A DNA stretch of 53,815 nt from Bacteroidales bacterium (GTDB taxonomy: Bacteria > Bacteroidota > Bacteroidia > Bacteroidales > VadinHA17), in NCBI GenBank assembly GCA_027028505.1, contig JALVJE010000229.1:1-53815 (forward strand). Direction: 5' to 3'. The notes below the pieces were generated by a model, which saw nothing but the letters and a program-made list of their open reading frames with translations, ran no database searches and was not told the origin of the DNA. The position numbers and the translations under genes were made by a program. Position 1 is the first letter of the stretch, and each line of letters starts with the position of its first letter. Below, in pieces: positions 28,738 through 38,324 of this stretch.

Positions 28738-29640
28738 ATGCCTTATCTCTATCAGAAGAAAAGCCGCCGTCATTTTATAAAGACCCTGGCCGGGGGTGCG
28801 GGAGCTGTGATGGTCTTGGGAATGTTGCCTTCCTTTGCAGTACCCGGCAGGAAAAAGGGGGTCCGGCTGAACCTCTTGTCTGACACGCACATCCCGGAAA
28901 ACAAAGAAGAAGTTTACCGGGGATTTTATCCTTACCGGAATTTGTTGAAGGGGGTGGAGCAGATCAGGGAATATCCGGCTGATATGGCGGTCATCACGGG
29001 TGATCTGGCGCGTCTGGAAGGGAAACAGGGGGATTATGAGGCGTTGAAAGGGTTGCTGGAGCCCCTGAATGGGGGAATGCCGGTGGCCATGGCGCTGGGT
29101 AATCATGATGTCCGGGATCATTTTCTGGCGGTCTTTCCTGAGACACCCGGCGAGAGGGCTGCAGTAAGCGGCAGGTTTGTCCAGGTGATCGAATATCCGG
29201 ATCTGCGCCTGATCCTGCTTGATTCACTGATCTTTACCAACGATTCGCCGGCCCTGGGATTGCTCGGTAAAGCACAAAGGGAGTGGCTGGATACCTATCT
29301 GAAAGAACATACGGAAAAACCGGCGTTTCTCTTTCTGCACCACACACTTGATGATAGTGACGGTGCGTTGGCAGATGCCGATCGGCTGTTCCGCATCATC
29401 GCCCCGCAGAAACATGTGAAAGCAATATTCTATGGCCATTCGCATGTATACCGTTATGATGTCCGGGAAGGCATCCACCTGATCAATCTGCCGGCCATGG
29501 GTTACAATTTCCGGGACGAGGATCCGGTGGGCTGGGTGGAGGCACAGTTGACGCCGGAAAAAGGAGAATTCCGCCTGCACACGGTAGCCGGCAACACCTC
29601 CCGCGACAATGAGATCACCCGCCTGAAGTGGAGGGGCTGA
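28738..29640 (+). CDS. Tat-exported metallophosphoesterase (CpdA/Icc-like)
   Basis: ATG 28738. Twin-arginine SRRHFIK; DTH, TGD, GNHD, HH, GHSH motifs. Confidence 0.88.
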   Translation: MPYLYQKKSRRHFIKTLAGGAGAVMVLGMLPSFAVPGRKKGVRLNLLSDTHIPENKEEVYRGFYPYRNLLKGVEQIREYPADMAVITGDLARLEGKQGDYEALKGLLEPLNGGMPVAMALGNHDVRDHFLAVFPETPGERAAVSGRFVQVIEYPDLRLILLDSLIFTNDSPALGLLGKAQREWLDTYLKEHTEKPAFLFLHHTLDDSDGALADADRLFRIIAPQKHVKAIFYGHSHVYRYDVREGIHLINLPAMGYNFRDEDPVGWVEAQLTPEKGEFRLHTVAGNTSRDNEITRLKWRG

Positions 29641-29710
29641 CAAAAACCGTACTGTCACCCATCCGGAAACGAGTCCCCGGAAGTAGTTGATAAACAATAA
29701 GATCCGGACG

Positions 29711-29746
29711 AACTACGTAGACAGCTACGTAGTTGACTACGTAGTT
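29711..29746. repeat. 12-bp tandem repeat with palindromic CTACGTAG core (3 units)
   Basis: AACTACGTAGAC AGCTACGTAGTT GACTACGTAGTT. Confidence 0.7.
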
Positions 29747-29828
29747 AAGACTTGTTAATATGTTGTATATCTGTGTAATACAGGAATGTTGATACAAAAG
29801 TTTATCACAAAGTTTTGAAAAGTATTTT

Positions 29829-30977
29829 TCAATGGGATCTTAAATCCCTGAAAAAGACCTCCTCCCAGGCATCGGTGATCCTGTCCCAGTCATACTCTTC
29901 CCGGATCCTCCGGAGATATTCCTGCGTGATCTCTCTCCTGGCTTTCCTGTAATCCTCCCACTTGGCCAGCAGGCGGCTCAGTGCCTCTGCGGTTCCGAAG
30001 TAGCGGGAACCTTCGCCCAGCACATAACGGTTGAAAGGGTTGTCGTGGGCGGCGATGAGGCTGCCGGCGGCCATGGCCTCGAGGAGGGCCGGGTTGGTGC
30101 CGCCGGCCGAATGACCGTGCAAATACCCCCGGGCATGATGCCGCAACAGGTCCAGGAGATGCTTGTCATAGACGGGGCCGGTGAACAGGATGTTTTGTTC
30201 CGGACCGTATTTCTTTTGGAGCTGCCGGCCGAACCGGTTGCCGGCATTGCCCACAAGGACCAAAGGAAAGGGGATACCGGAACGGACATATCCCTCCAGG
30301 ATCATAGAGAGGTTGTTCTCGGGGACGAAACGGCCGACCGTCAGAAAATAGTTGCCGGCAGTGAGAGAGCCAACAAGGTTTTCACTGAAAGGGACCTGTT
30401 GTTGTTGCAGATGCTCGCGCAACAGATCACCCGGCGTCCTTCCGTCAGGGAGGGTGAGCGCAGCGGGGATCTCTGCCCCGTAAGGGATCACCGGTGTATC
30501 CTTGCCATATCGCTCCCGGTAATGACGTGCAATCTCCGGATGGTCGGAGACGAGGAGACGGCTGCGTTCCGCCGCTTTCCTTTCCATTTTATGCAACCAC
30601 CGGCGTGCCGGGGCGCTCCACCCTGCCCGCTGCCACTCCAGGCCGTCGGTGAGGGTAACTACAGGCACAGGATGCGCCTTGCGGATGAAGGCCGCATTGC
30701 CGTATCCACAGTTGAGGATCACAGCGGGCCGGCGGCGGTAAGCTTCGCGCATACACAGCCGGTCGTACCACAGCACCCCGCCGGGGAATGCCGGCCAGGG
30801 ACGACGGAGGATCTCCACCCCCTCCCAGGAGGCTCCCCGGTAAGGATGGGAGGAGGGGTTGCACACCGTCACAGCATGTCCCCTCTCTGCCAACCGCCGC
30901 GAGAGCTCCTGGGCAAAGGTCTCAAACCCGCCGTACTGGGCCGGGATACCCCGCGTGCCTGTTATGAAAATGTGCAT
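29829..30977 (-). CDS. GT4 glycosyltransferase with DUF1972 N-terminus (WchF/RgpA-like)
   Basis: GTRGIPAQYGGFETF, DGLEWQR, GRFVPENN, HGHSAGGTNPALLEAMA. Confidence 0.88.
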   Translation of the reverse strand: MHIFITGTRGIPAQYGGFETFAQELSRRLAERGHAVTVCNPSSHPYRGASWEGVEILRRPWPAFPGGVLWYDRLCMREAYRRRPAVILNCGYGNAAFIRKAHPVPVVTLTDGLEWQRAGWSAPARRWLHKMERKAAERSRLLVSDHPEIARHYRERYGKDTPVIPYGAEIPAALTLPDGRTPGDLLREHLQQQQVPFSENLVGSLTAGNYFLTVGRFVPENNLSMILEGYVRSGIPFPLVLVGNAGNRFGRQLQKKYGPEQNILFTGPVYDKHLLDLLRHHARGYLHGHSAGGTNPALLEAMAAGSLIAAHDNPFNRYVLGEGSRYFGTAEALSRLLAKWEDYRKARREITQEYLRRIREEYDWDRITDAWEEVFFRDLRSH

Positions 30978-30993
30978 GGTCAGAGTTCAGAGT

Positions 30994-31021
30994 TAGGGAC
31001 AAGGCATTGCCTTGTCCGTAC
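30994..31021. repeat. GTAG-family-like REP hairpin
   Basis: TAGGGACAAGGCA-T-TGCCTTGTCCGTAC palindrome; single copy in the window. Confidence 0.55.
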
Positions 31022-31045
31022 GGTAGGAAAGTTGTATTAGAATCT

Positions 31046-31108
31046 GGTTCACAGTTCATGGTTCATAGTTCATAGTTCATAGTTCACGGTTCACAGTTCT
31101 TAGTTCTT
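31046..31108. repeat. Heptamer tandem repeat (RGTTCWY x9)
   Basis: GGTTCAC AGTTCAT GGTTCAT AGTTCAT AGTTCAT AGTTCAC GGTTCAC AGTTCTT AGTTCTT. Confidence 0.85.
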
Positions 31109-31247
31109 TCGCTCTCGTTGTTCATCCTTCATCCTTCCAAAAATACGTTTTTGATCCGCAGGATGATGAAATATTTTTGGAAATATCGTTTTCCGGGCGT
31201 AGATTTGCAAACTATCTCAAATATTCTTTTGGATAAAAGGGTGTTTG

Positions 31248-31356
31248 ATTTATTAAGAAGAGGGGAGAGATTAGGCTCTGAGAACCTCTAGCAACCCCCC
31301 CGGCAAACGGGGAAAGGTGCTAAAACCTAATCCCGGCAGGCCGGGAGATGATAAAT
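31248..31356 (+). ncRNA. SAM-I (S-box) riboswitch
   Basis: P1 ATTTATT/GATAAAT, AAGA, P2 with TTAGG loop able to pair with CCTAA (pseudoknot), GCAACC...GGTGCTAA in P3, P4 TCCCGG/CCGGGA. Upstream of metX-metH-metF; TAGATTTG promoter element at 31200-31207. Confidence 0.9.
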
Positions 31357-31440
31357 TAAACAGGACGATCATGAAAAAATGTTTTCTTTCCCCTGCATAT
31401 CTTTTTCTTTTTTTGCGTGTTTCTATACGCTGACGTCGGG

Positions 31441-32460
31441 ATGGCTATGGAGAAACTGAAATATGACAAGCCGTTCGCCCTGGAGGCGGGAGGCTCCCTG
31501 CCGGGGGTGGAGATCGCCTATCACACCTACGGACACCTTAACGAGGCACGCGACAACGTGATCTGGGTATGTCATGCCCTCACGGCCAACTCCGACGTGG
31601 CCGACTGGTGGCCCGGTATGGTGGGTCCCGGCCTGCTGCTGGATACCGATAAATATTTTATTGTATGCGCCAACATCCTGGGGTCCTGTTACGGCTCCAC
31701 GGGTCCCATGTCGGTCAATCCGGCTACGGGACGGCCGTGGTTCCGTTCTTTTCCCCTGCTGACCTTCCGGGATGTGGTGGAAGGCCATGAGCTGGTGCGG
31801 CGTCATCTGGGGATAGAGAAGATACGCATGATCATCGGCGGTTCCATCGGGGGCTCGCAGGCGCTGGAGTACAGCATCATGTATCCGGAGCTCATAGAAC
31901 GGTTGGCCTTTCTGGCTTCCAGCGTGCAGTATGCGCCCTGGGCCATCGCCTTTGACCAGTCGATGCGCCTGGCCATAGAGGCCGATCCTACCTTTGAAGA
32001 AGATATCCCCGGAGGGGGAAGCAAAGGCCTCCGGGCCGCCCGTTCCATAGCCCTCCTCAGCTACCGCAACGATACCATCTACAACAAGACACAACAGGAC
32101 AACGACGATGAGAAACTGTCGGATTTCCGGGCTGTCTCCTACCAGAATTACCAGGGGGATAAGCTGGTGAAACGCTTTGATGCCTATTCCTACTATCAGC
32201 TTTTGAACCTTTCCGATACCCACCACGTGGGACGCGGTCGCGGAGGGACAGAAAAGGCTCTGCAAAGGATCAAAGCCCGCGTCCTTTCGGTGGGGATCTC
32301 CAGCGATCTTCTCTTCCCGACCTATGAACAGAAATTCCTGGCCGGAAAAGTGGAGAAGGGGGCCTATAAAGAGATCGATTCGTTGTACGGCCATGATGGC
32401 TTCCTTGTCGAAACGGAAAAACTCACGGAGATCATCCGCCCCTTCCTGGAGGAAGATTAA
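31441..32460 (+). CDS. metX: Homoserine O-acetyltransferase (MetX family)
   Basis: CHALT, GGSIGG nucleophile elbow, SSDLLFP, YGHDGFL. Start ATG 31441 or 31447. Confidence 0.93.
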   Translation: MAMEKLKYDKPFALEAGGSLPGVEIAYHTYGHLNEARDNVIWVCHALTANSDVADWWPGMVGPGLLLDTDKYFIVCANILGSCYGSTGPMSVNPATGRPWFRSFPLLTFRDVVEGHELVRRHLGIEKIRMIIGGSIGGSQALEYSIMYPELIERLAFLASSVQYAPWAIAFDQSMRLAIEADPTFEEDIPGGGSKGLRAARSIALLSYRNDTIYNKTQQDNDDEKLSDFRAVSYQNYQGDKLVKRFDAYSYYQLLNLSDTHHVGRGRGGTEKALQRIKARVLSVGISSDLLFPTYEQKFLAGKVEKGAYKEIDSLYGHDGFLVETEKLTEIIRPFLEED

Positions 32461-32645
32461 CCCTAACATGCATTTTTTACGTAGTGCGAACAGCTCCAGA
32501 TAGAGCGAAATATTAAAGCCTTCGCATACCGGAAAAAAACGATAGGCCGTGGGGGGACCGGAAAAAAACAGTTTCCGGAGAAGGGGAATATGCCGGAACA
32601 AATGTATTTTTGAAAAAATAATTGGGTGTAAGAACCCGGAGAAAA

Positions 32646-35600
32646 ATGGATAAAGAGGCACAGTTGAAACAAATATTACAGGAACGTGTTCTGGTGATGG
32701 ACGGTGCCATGGGGACGATGATCCAGCGGCACGGCCTGAAGGAGGAGGATTACCGGGGCGACCGTTTCCGTGATCATCCCCTGTCGCAGAAAGGCAATAA
32801 CGACCTGCTGGTGCTGACACGGCCGGAGATCATCCGGGAGATCCATGAGCAGTATCTCCTGGCAGGGGCGGATATGATCGAGACAGACACGTTCAACGCC
32901 AACCGCATCTCGCTGGCCGACTACGGCATGGAGGAGCTGGTGTATGAGATCAACCTGACGGCTGCCCGCCTGGCGCGGGAGGTGGCGGACAAGGTCACGG
33001 CACAGGACCCTTCCCGGCCCCGTTTTGTGATCGGAACGATGGGGCCTACCAACAAGACCGCCTCCATCTCGCCGAAGGTGGAGGATCCCGGATACCGGGC
33101 CGTCACCTTCGATGACCTGCGGGAGGTATATGCCGAACAGGCTCGCGGCCTCATCGACGGCGGGGCCGATCTGCTGATGCTGGAGACGGTCTTTGACACC
33201 CTCAATGCCAAAGCGGCGCTCGCCGGCCTTGAAGAGGTTTTTGCAGAGAAAGACCGCCGGCTGCCGGTGATGGTATCGGTGACGGTGGTGGATGCCAGCG
33301 GCCGTACTCTCTCGGGCCAGACCCTGGAGGCCTTCGTCATCTCTGTCTCCCATGCCCGCCTTTTCAGCCTGGGCCTCAATTGCTCGATGGGTGCCAAAGA
33401 GCTGGAGCCTTTTGTCGAGGAGCTCGCCCAACTCACCCCGCTGCCGGTGAGCGTGCATCCCAACGCCGGCTTTCCCAACCAGTTCGGGGAATATGAATCT
33501 ACGCCGGAGCAGATGGGCGAGGTACTGGAACGACTCATGCAGGGAGGCCATGTGAATATCATCGGCGGATGCTGCGGGACCACGCCGGAGCATATAAAAG
33601 AGTTTGCACGTCGTGCGGCGGGGAAGAGACCCCGTGCCCTCCCCTCCCACGACCATGTGCTGAAGCTCAGCGGCCTCGAACCGCTGAAAGTGTTTGAGGG
33701 GAGCAACCTCATCAACATCGGCGAGCGCACCAACGTAGCCGGGTCACGCCGTTTTGCGCGGCTCATCCGCGAAGAGAAATTCGAGGAGGCCCTGGCCGTG
33801 GCACGCGGACAGGTGGAGAACGGTGCCCAGGTGATCGATGTCAGCATGGACGATGCCATGCTCGATGCCAAAAAGTCCATGGTCACCTTCCTCAACCTGG
33901 TGGCGGCCGATCCCGAGATCGCCCGCGTGCCGGTGATGATCGACTCCTCCAAATGGGAGGTGCTGGAGGCCGGGCTCAAATGTCTGCAGGGGAAAGGCAT
34001 CGTCAACTCCATCAGCCTCAAGGAGGGAGAGGAGGATTTCCTGATGAAGGCCAGGAAGATCCGGCTGTACGGAGCGGCTGTGGTGGTGATGGGCTTCGAC
34101 GAGGAGGGCCAGGCCACCACTTTTGACCGGCGGACAGCCATCGCCGAACGGGCTTACAGACTGCTAACGGAAAAAGCAGACTTCCCGCCCGAGGACATCA
34201 TCTTCGACCTGAACGTGCTGGCCATAGGCACGGGGCTGGAGGAGCACAACCGCTATGCCCTGGAGTTCATCGAGGCGGTGCGGTGGGTCAAAGAACACCT
34301 GCCGTATGTGCATACCAGCGGAGGTATCAGCAACCTCTCTTTTTCTTTCCGGGGGCACAACCCCATCCGGGAGGCGATGCATGCCGCTTTCCTGTACCAT
34401 GCCGTAAAGGCGGGACTGGACATGGCCATCGTCAACGCCGGCAAGCTGCCCATGTACGATGAGATCCCGCCCGAGTTGCTGGAAAAGGTGGAGGACCTGA
34501 TCTTTGACCGGCGGCCCGATGCCACAGAGCGGTTGCTGGAGTATGCAGCGTCGGCCACGCAGACCGGCAACGGCGCCGAAGAGAAAAAAGAAGCCTGGCG
34601 GGAGCTGCCGCTGAAAGAAAGGATCATCCACTCGCTGGTGAAAGGCATCCCCGACTATGTGGAGGAGGACATGGCTGAGGCCATCAAAGCATATCCCACG
34701 GCCCTGGACATCATCGAAGGACCCATGATGGAAGGGATGAACAAGGTGGGCGATCTCTTCGGAGCGGGAAAGATGTTCCTGCCGCAGGTGATCAAGAGTG
34801 CGAGGGTGATGAAGAAGGCGGTGGCGGTGCTGGAGCCGGTGCTCGAAGAGGAAAAAGCGGCCGGCGGCGGCCGGCAACAGGCGGCCGGCAGGGTGCTGCT
34901 GGCCACCGTCAAGGGGGATGTGCACGACATTGGGAAGAACATCGTGGGCATCGTCCTGCAGTGCAACAACTATGAGATCATCGACCTGGGGGTGATGGTG
35001 CCGGCAGAGAAGATACTCGAGACCGCACAAAAAGAGAAGACCGACATCATCGGCCTGAGCGGCCTGATCACCCCCTCGCTGGAGGAGATGGTGCATGTCG
35101 CCGGCGAGATGGAGCGCAAAGGCTTCCGGCAGCCGCTCCTCATCGGCGGGGCGACCACATCCGTGCTCCACACCGCCGTGAAAATAGCCCCCCATTACAA
35201 ACACGGCGTGGTACACGTGAAAGATGCCTCCCGCAGCGTGGCGGTGGTGGGCTCCCTCCTCTCCGGTGAGAAAAAGCAATTCCTGGCAGAGACCGCTCAG
35301 CAATATGAGAAGCTGCGTACGATGAACCGCAAAAAGCCGGGCGCATACATCCCGCTGGAGGAGGCGCGGAAAAACAGGTTCCGGCCCGACTGGGACCATT
35401 ACGCCCCGCCGCCGCCGGTAACGCCGGGAACGACCGTCTTTGAGAATATTCCCCTGGAAGAGGTGATGCCTTTTATTGACTGGACCTTCTTTTTCCATGT
35501 GTGGGACCTGAAGGGAAAGTTCCCCGGCATTCTCGACCATCCGGAGCGGGGTGAAGAGGCCCGCCGGGTGTATGAGGAGGGGAAGCATTTCCTGGAGCGG

Positions 35601-36329
35601 CTGGCGGAAGAGAAGGTCCTGAAGGTGCAGGGGGTGGTGAGCCTGTTGCCGGCCGCCGCCGCCGGGGATGATATCATCGTGTATGAAGAAGAGGAACACA
35701 CCCGGGTGAAGGGGGTGCTGTATCACCTGCGGCAGCAGGAAGCCCGCACCGCTACGGGCCATAACCTCTGTCTCAGCGATTTCATCGCACCTGAAGAGAC
35801 AGGCCTGCAGGATCATATTGGCCTCTTTGCCGTGACAGGAGGCCTCGGCCTGGAGCATTACCTGGAGAAATTCCAAAAAGAACATGACGACTACCAGGCG
35901 CTGATGGTGAAAGCCCTGGCCGACCGCCTGGCCGAAGCAGCCACCGAATGGCTGCATATGAAGGTGCGGAAAGAGCTGTGGGGCTTCGTACCGGAGGAGC
36001 AGCTCAGCCTGGAGGATCTCTTCAGGATGAGGTATCAGGGTATTCGTCCGGCCTATGGTTATCCGGCCTGTCCCGATCATTCGGAGAAGAAAAACCTCTT
36101 CGCCCTCCTGGAGGCTGAGAAACATACGGGCATACGTCTCACGGAAGGCTTTGCCATGGATCCTGCCGCCTCGGTGAGCGGTCTCATCTTTTCCCATCCA
36201 GAAGCGGTCTATTTCGATATACGCAGGATCCTGGAGGACCAGGTGGCCGACTATGCCCGGAGGAGGAAGATCTCCCGGGAAGAGGCGGAAAAATATTTGT
36301 CACATCTTATCTACAGGGATCATGACTGA
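32646..36329 (+). CDS. metH: Cobalamin-dependent methionine synthase
   Basis: DGAMGT, GGCCGT, IGERTN, DVHDIGKN B12 motif, GYPACPDH. ATG 32646. Confidence 0.98.
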   Translation: MDKEAQLKQILQERVLVMDGAMGTMIQRHGLKEEDYRGDRFRDHPLSQKGNNDLLVLTRPEIIREIHEQYLLAGADMIETDTFNANRISLADYGMEELVYEINLTAARLAREVADKVTAQDPSRPRFVIGTMGPTNKTASISPKVEDPGYRAVTFDDLREVYAEQARGLIDGGADLLMLETVFDTLNAKAALAGLEEVFAEKDRRLPVMVSVTVVDASGRTLSGQTLEAFVISVSHARLFSLGLNCSMGAKELEPFVEELAQLTPLPVSVHPNAGFPNQFGEYESTPEQMGEVLERLMQGGHVNIIGGCCGTTPEHIKEFARRAAGKRPRALPSHDHVLKLSGLEPLKVFEGSNLINIGERTNVAGSRRFARLIREEKFEEALAVARGQVENGAQVIDVSMDDAMLDAKKSMVTFLNLVAADPEIARVPVMIDSSKWEVLEAGLKCLQGKGIVNSISLKEGEEDFLMKARKIRLYGAAVVVMGFDEEGQATTFDRRTAIAERAYRLLTEKADFPPEDIIFDLNVLAIGTGLEEHNRYALEFIEAVRWVKEHLPYVHTSGGISNLSFSFRGHNPIREAMHAAFLYHAVKAGLDMAIVNAGKLPMYDEIPPELLEKVEDLIFDRRPDATERLLEYAASATQTGNGAEEKKEAWRELPLKERIIHSLVKGIPDYVEEDMAEAIKAYPTALDIIEGPMMEGMNKVGDLFGAGKMFLPQVIKSARVMKKAVAVLEPVLEEEKAAGGGRQQAAGRVLLATVKGDVHDIGKNIVGIVLQCNNYEIIDLGVMVPAEKILETAQKEKTDIIGLSGLITPSLEEMVHVAGEMERKGFRQPLLIGGATTSVLHTAVKIAPHYKHGVVHVKDASRSVAVVGSLLSGEKKQFLAETAQQYEKLRTMNRKKPGAYIPLEEARKNRFRPDWDHYAPPPPVTPGTTVFENIPLEEVMPFIDWTFFFHVWDLKGKFPGILDHPERGEEARRVYEEGKHFLERLAEEKVLKVQGVVSLLPAAAAGDDIIVYEEEEHTRVKGVLYHLRQQEARTATGHNLCLSDFIAPEETGLQDHIGLFAVTGGLGLEHYLEKFQKEHDDYQALMVKALADRLAEAATEWLHMKVRKELWGFVPEEQLSLEDLFRMRYQGIRPAYGYPACPDHSEKKNLFALLEAEKHTGIRLTEGFAMDPAASVSGLIFSHPEAVYFDIRRILEDQVADYARRRKISREEAEKYLSHLIYRDHD

Positions 36330-37293
36330 TATTACGGAACAGAAACTGTCTGAGGCCTTGAAAAAGATCCGGCGGACACGCTTCTCTTTTGAGCTGCTGC
36401 CCCCGCCCAAAGGCAAGGATATCAACTATATCTATGAGCGGATCGACCCGCTGATGCAGTTTGATCCGCTGTACATCAACATTACCTACCACCGGGAGGA
36501 GGTCGTTTATAAGAAGGTAAAGGGTGGCCTGATGGAAAAAAAGACCGTCCGGAAACGTCCGGGAACGGTGGCCATCTCGGCAGCCATACAGCACCGCTAT
36601 GGGGTGATGGTGGTGCCCCACCTGATCTGCGGGGGGTTCACGCGCGAAGAGACGGAGAATGCCCTGATCGACCTGAACTTTATGGGGATCCACAATGTGC
36701 TGGCCGTGCGGGGTGATCCGCCTGCGGGCAGCGGGCACTTCGTACCCGAAGAGGGAGGGCATGCCCATGCCCTCGAGCTGGTGCAGCAGATCATGAATAT
36801 GAACAGGGGGAAATACCTCGATCCCGACCTGCAGGAGCCTTCTCCCACCGACTTTTGCGTAGGGGTGGCCGGCTATCCGGAAAAGCATGTGGAAGCACCC
36901 AATTTCGATTCGGACCTGCATTTCCTGAAAAAGAAGATCGAGGCCGGGGCGGAATTCATTGTGACCCAGATGTTTTTTGACAATGAGAAATTCTTTGCCT
37001 TCGAGAAGAGATGCCGGGAAGCCGGCATTGAGGTGCCCATCATCCCGGGCATCAAACCCCTCTCGACAAAAAAGCAACTGAACCTGCTGCCCGCGACTTT
37101 CAATATCAACTTGCCGGAGGCGCTTGTGAAGGAGGTGTTGAAGTGCAAGAGCAATGACGAAGTGTATGAGGTGGGCGTCGAATGGGGCATACAACAGACC
37201 CGGGAGCTGATCGCCCACTGCGTGCCGGTGGTCCATTTCTTTACCATGGGCAAGGCGGATAATGTGCGGAGGATCGCGGAAGAAAGCTTTTAG
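36322..37293 (+). CDS. metF: Methylenetetrahydrofolate reductase
   Basis: FSFELLPP, PHLIC, RGD, AGYPEKH, TQMFFD. ATG 36322 overlaps the metH end. Confidence 0.95.
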   Translation: MTDITEQKLSEALKKIRRTRFSFELLPPPKGKDINYIYERIDPLMQFDPLYINITYHREEVVYKKVKGGLMEKKTVRKRPGTVAISAAIQHRYGVMVVPHLICGGFTREETENALIDLNFMGIHNVLAVRGDPPAGSGHFVPEEGGHAHALELVQQIMNMNRGKYLDPDLQEPSPTDFCVGVAGYPEKHVEAPNFDSDLHFLKKKIEAGAEFIVTQMFFDNEKFFAFEKRCREAGIEVPIIPGIKPLSTKKQLNLLPATFNINLPEALVKEVLKCKSNDEVYEVGVEWGIQQTRELIAHCVPVVHFFTMGKADNVRRIAEESF

Positions 37294-37300
37294 AAAGGGT

Positions 37301-37432
37301 GAAGCTCGATTGTTGAAGCTCGAAGAGCGAAGGTCGAAAAGTCAAAAGGGTCGAAAAGTACAACTCCAAGTACTCCAACCTCTAGGCACTCCACACTCCA
37401 CACTCCACACTCCAAGTACTCCAAGTACTCCC
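37301..37432. repeat. Mixed 7- to 9-bp tandem repeats between convergent genes
   Basis: GTCGAAAA-like units, then ACTCCAAGT nonamers and ACTCCAC heptamers. Confidence 0.75.
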
Positions 37433-37452
37433 CGCTTCTGACATGGGAAAGA

Positions 37453-38223
37453 TCAGGAGATCTTAGGCAGGCGGGTGTTGAGGACGCGGGTGGCTTCTTC
37501 ATAGCCGATGTCGAACATCTCCCGCGCCCTGGACATCTCAAAGATCCCGAATCCTTTGAGTTTCTTCGGGTCGATACGTATATCACACTGCCGCATGTTG
37601 GTATGCACGCTGGCCAGGATACGGAGGTAGAAGGACCATTCGGCCATTTTGATCACGCCGGAGATATTCTTTTCTTCCCAGCGGGGATTGACGTTCACAC
37701 CTATGATCTTTTCACATTCGCGGCGGATGGGAACAACCGGAAGGACGTCGAAAACCCCCCCGTCGCAGTACTGGTATTTGCCGATGCGGTGGGGCTCAAA
37801 GAGTACGGGAATGCTGGCCGAGGCAATGACCACATCGGCGAGGGGGCCGCTGGTGACATATTCCACCTGTGCTTTGTTAAGATTGCTGATGGTGATCCAC
37901 AAAGGGATCTTCAGATCTTCAAAGGTGCGGGCGCGGAGGGAGGAATGAAGCAGCTCCTGCAGGCCGGAGAGCTTGAGGAAGCCGCTGCGGGGCACGGTGA
38001 AGCGTACCAGCGAGAAGAGCTTCTTCTCGACGAACATATCCATGATCTCCTGCGGGGAGTAACCGTCGGCATAAAAAACCCCCACGATGGCGCCGGCACT
38101 CACCCCCGAGATCACGGCGGGACGTATGTCATGGTCCAGCAGGGCCTGCAACACCCCCAGGTGGGCAAAACCCCGCGCACCCCCGCCGCTCAGGACCAAA
38201 CCGGTATCATATTTCTTTGCCAT
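37453..38223 (-). CDS. Patatin-like phospholipase
   Basis: GGGARG, GVSAG, DGG motifs. Confidence 0.93.
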   Translation of the reverse strand: MAKKYDTGLVLSGGGARGFAHLGVLQALLDHDIRPAVISGVSAGAIVGVFYADGYSPQEIMDMFVEKKLFSLVRFTVPRSGFLKLSGLQELLHSSLRARTFEDLKIPLWITISNLNKAQVEYVTSGPLADVVIASASIPVLFEPHRIGKYQYCDGGVFDVLPVVPIRRECEKIIGVNVNPRWEEKNISGVIKMAEWSFYLRILASVHTNMRQCDIRIDPKKLKGFGIFEMSRAREMFDIGYEEATRVLNTRLPKIS

Positions 38224-38324
38224 GGAAGACCTCCTGAATGAAAAAGAGATGATTAACAGAAGTTAAAGATCAAATATCGCCGGAAATAGTTAATTTCACA
38301 AATTATTTTTTAAAGAAAACAGTT

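Noticed and set aside
32461-32645. Possible second regulatory RNA (for example a cobalamin riboswitch) between metX and metH
   Set aside because: I could not find a B12-box or a convincing conserved structure; an Infernal search would be needed.
32676-37253. Long antisense ORFs opposite metH and metF (up to 677 aa)
   Set aside because: Shadow frames of GC3-rich genes; no recognisable motifs and full overlap with confident CDSs.
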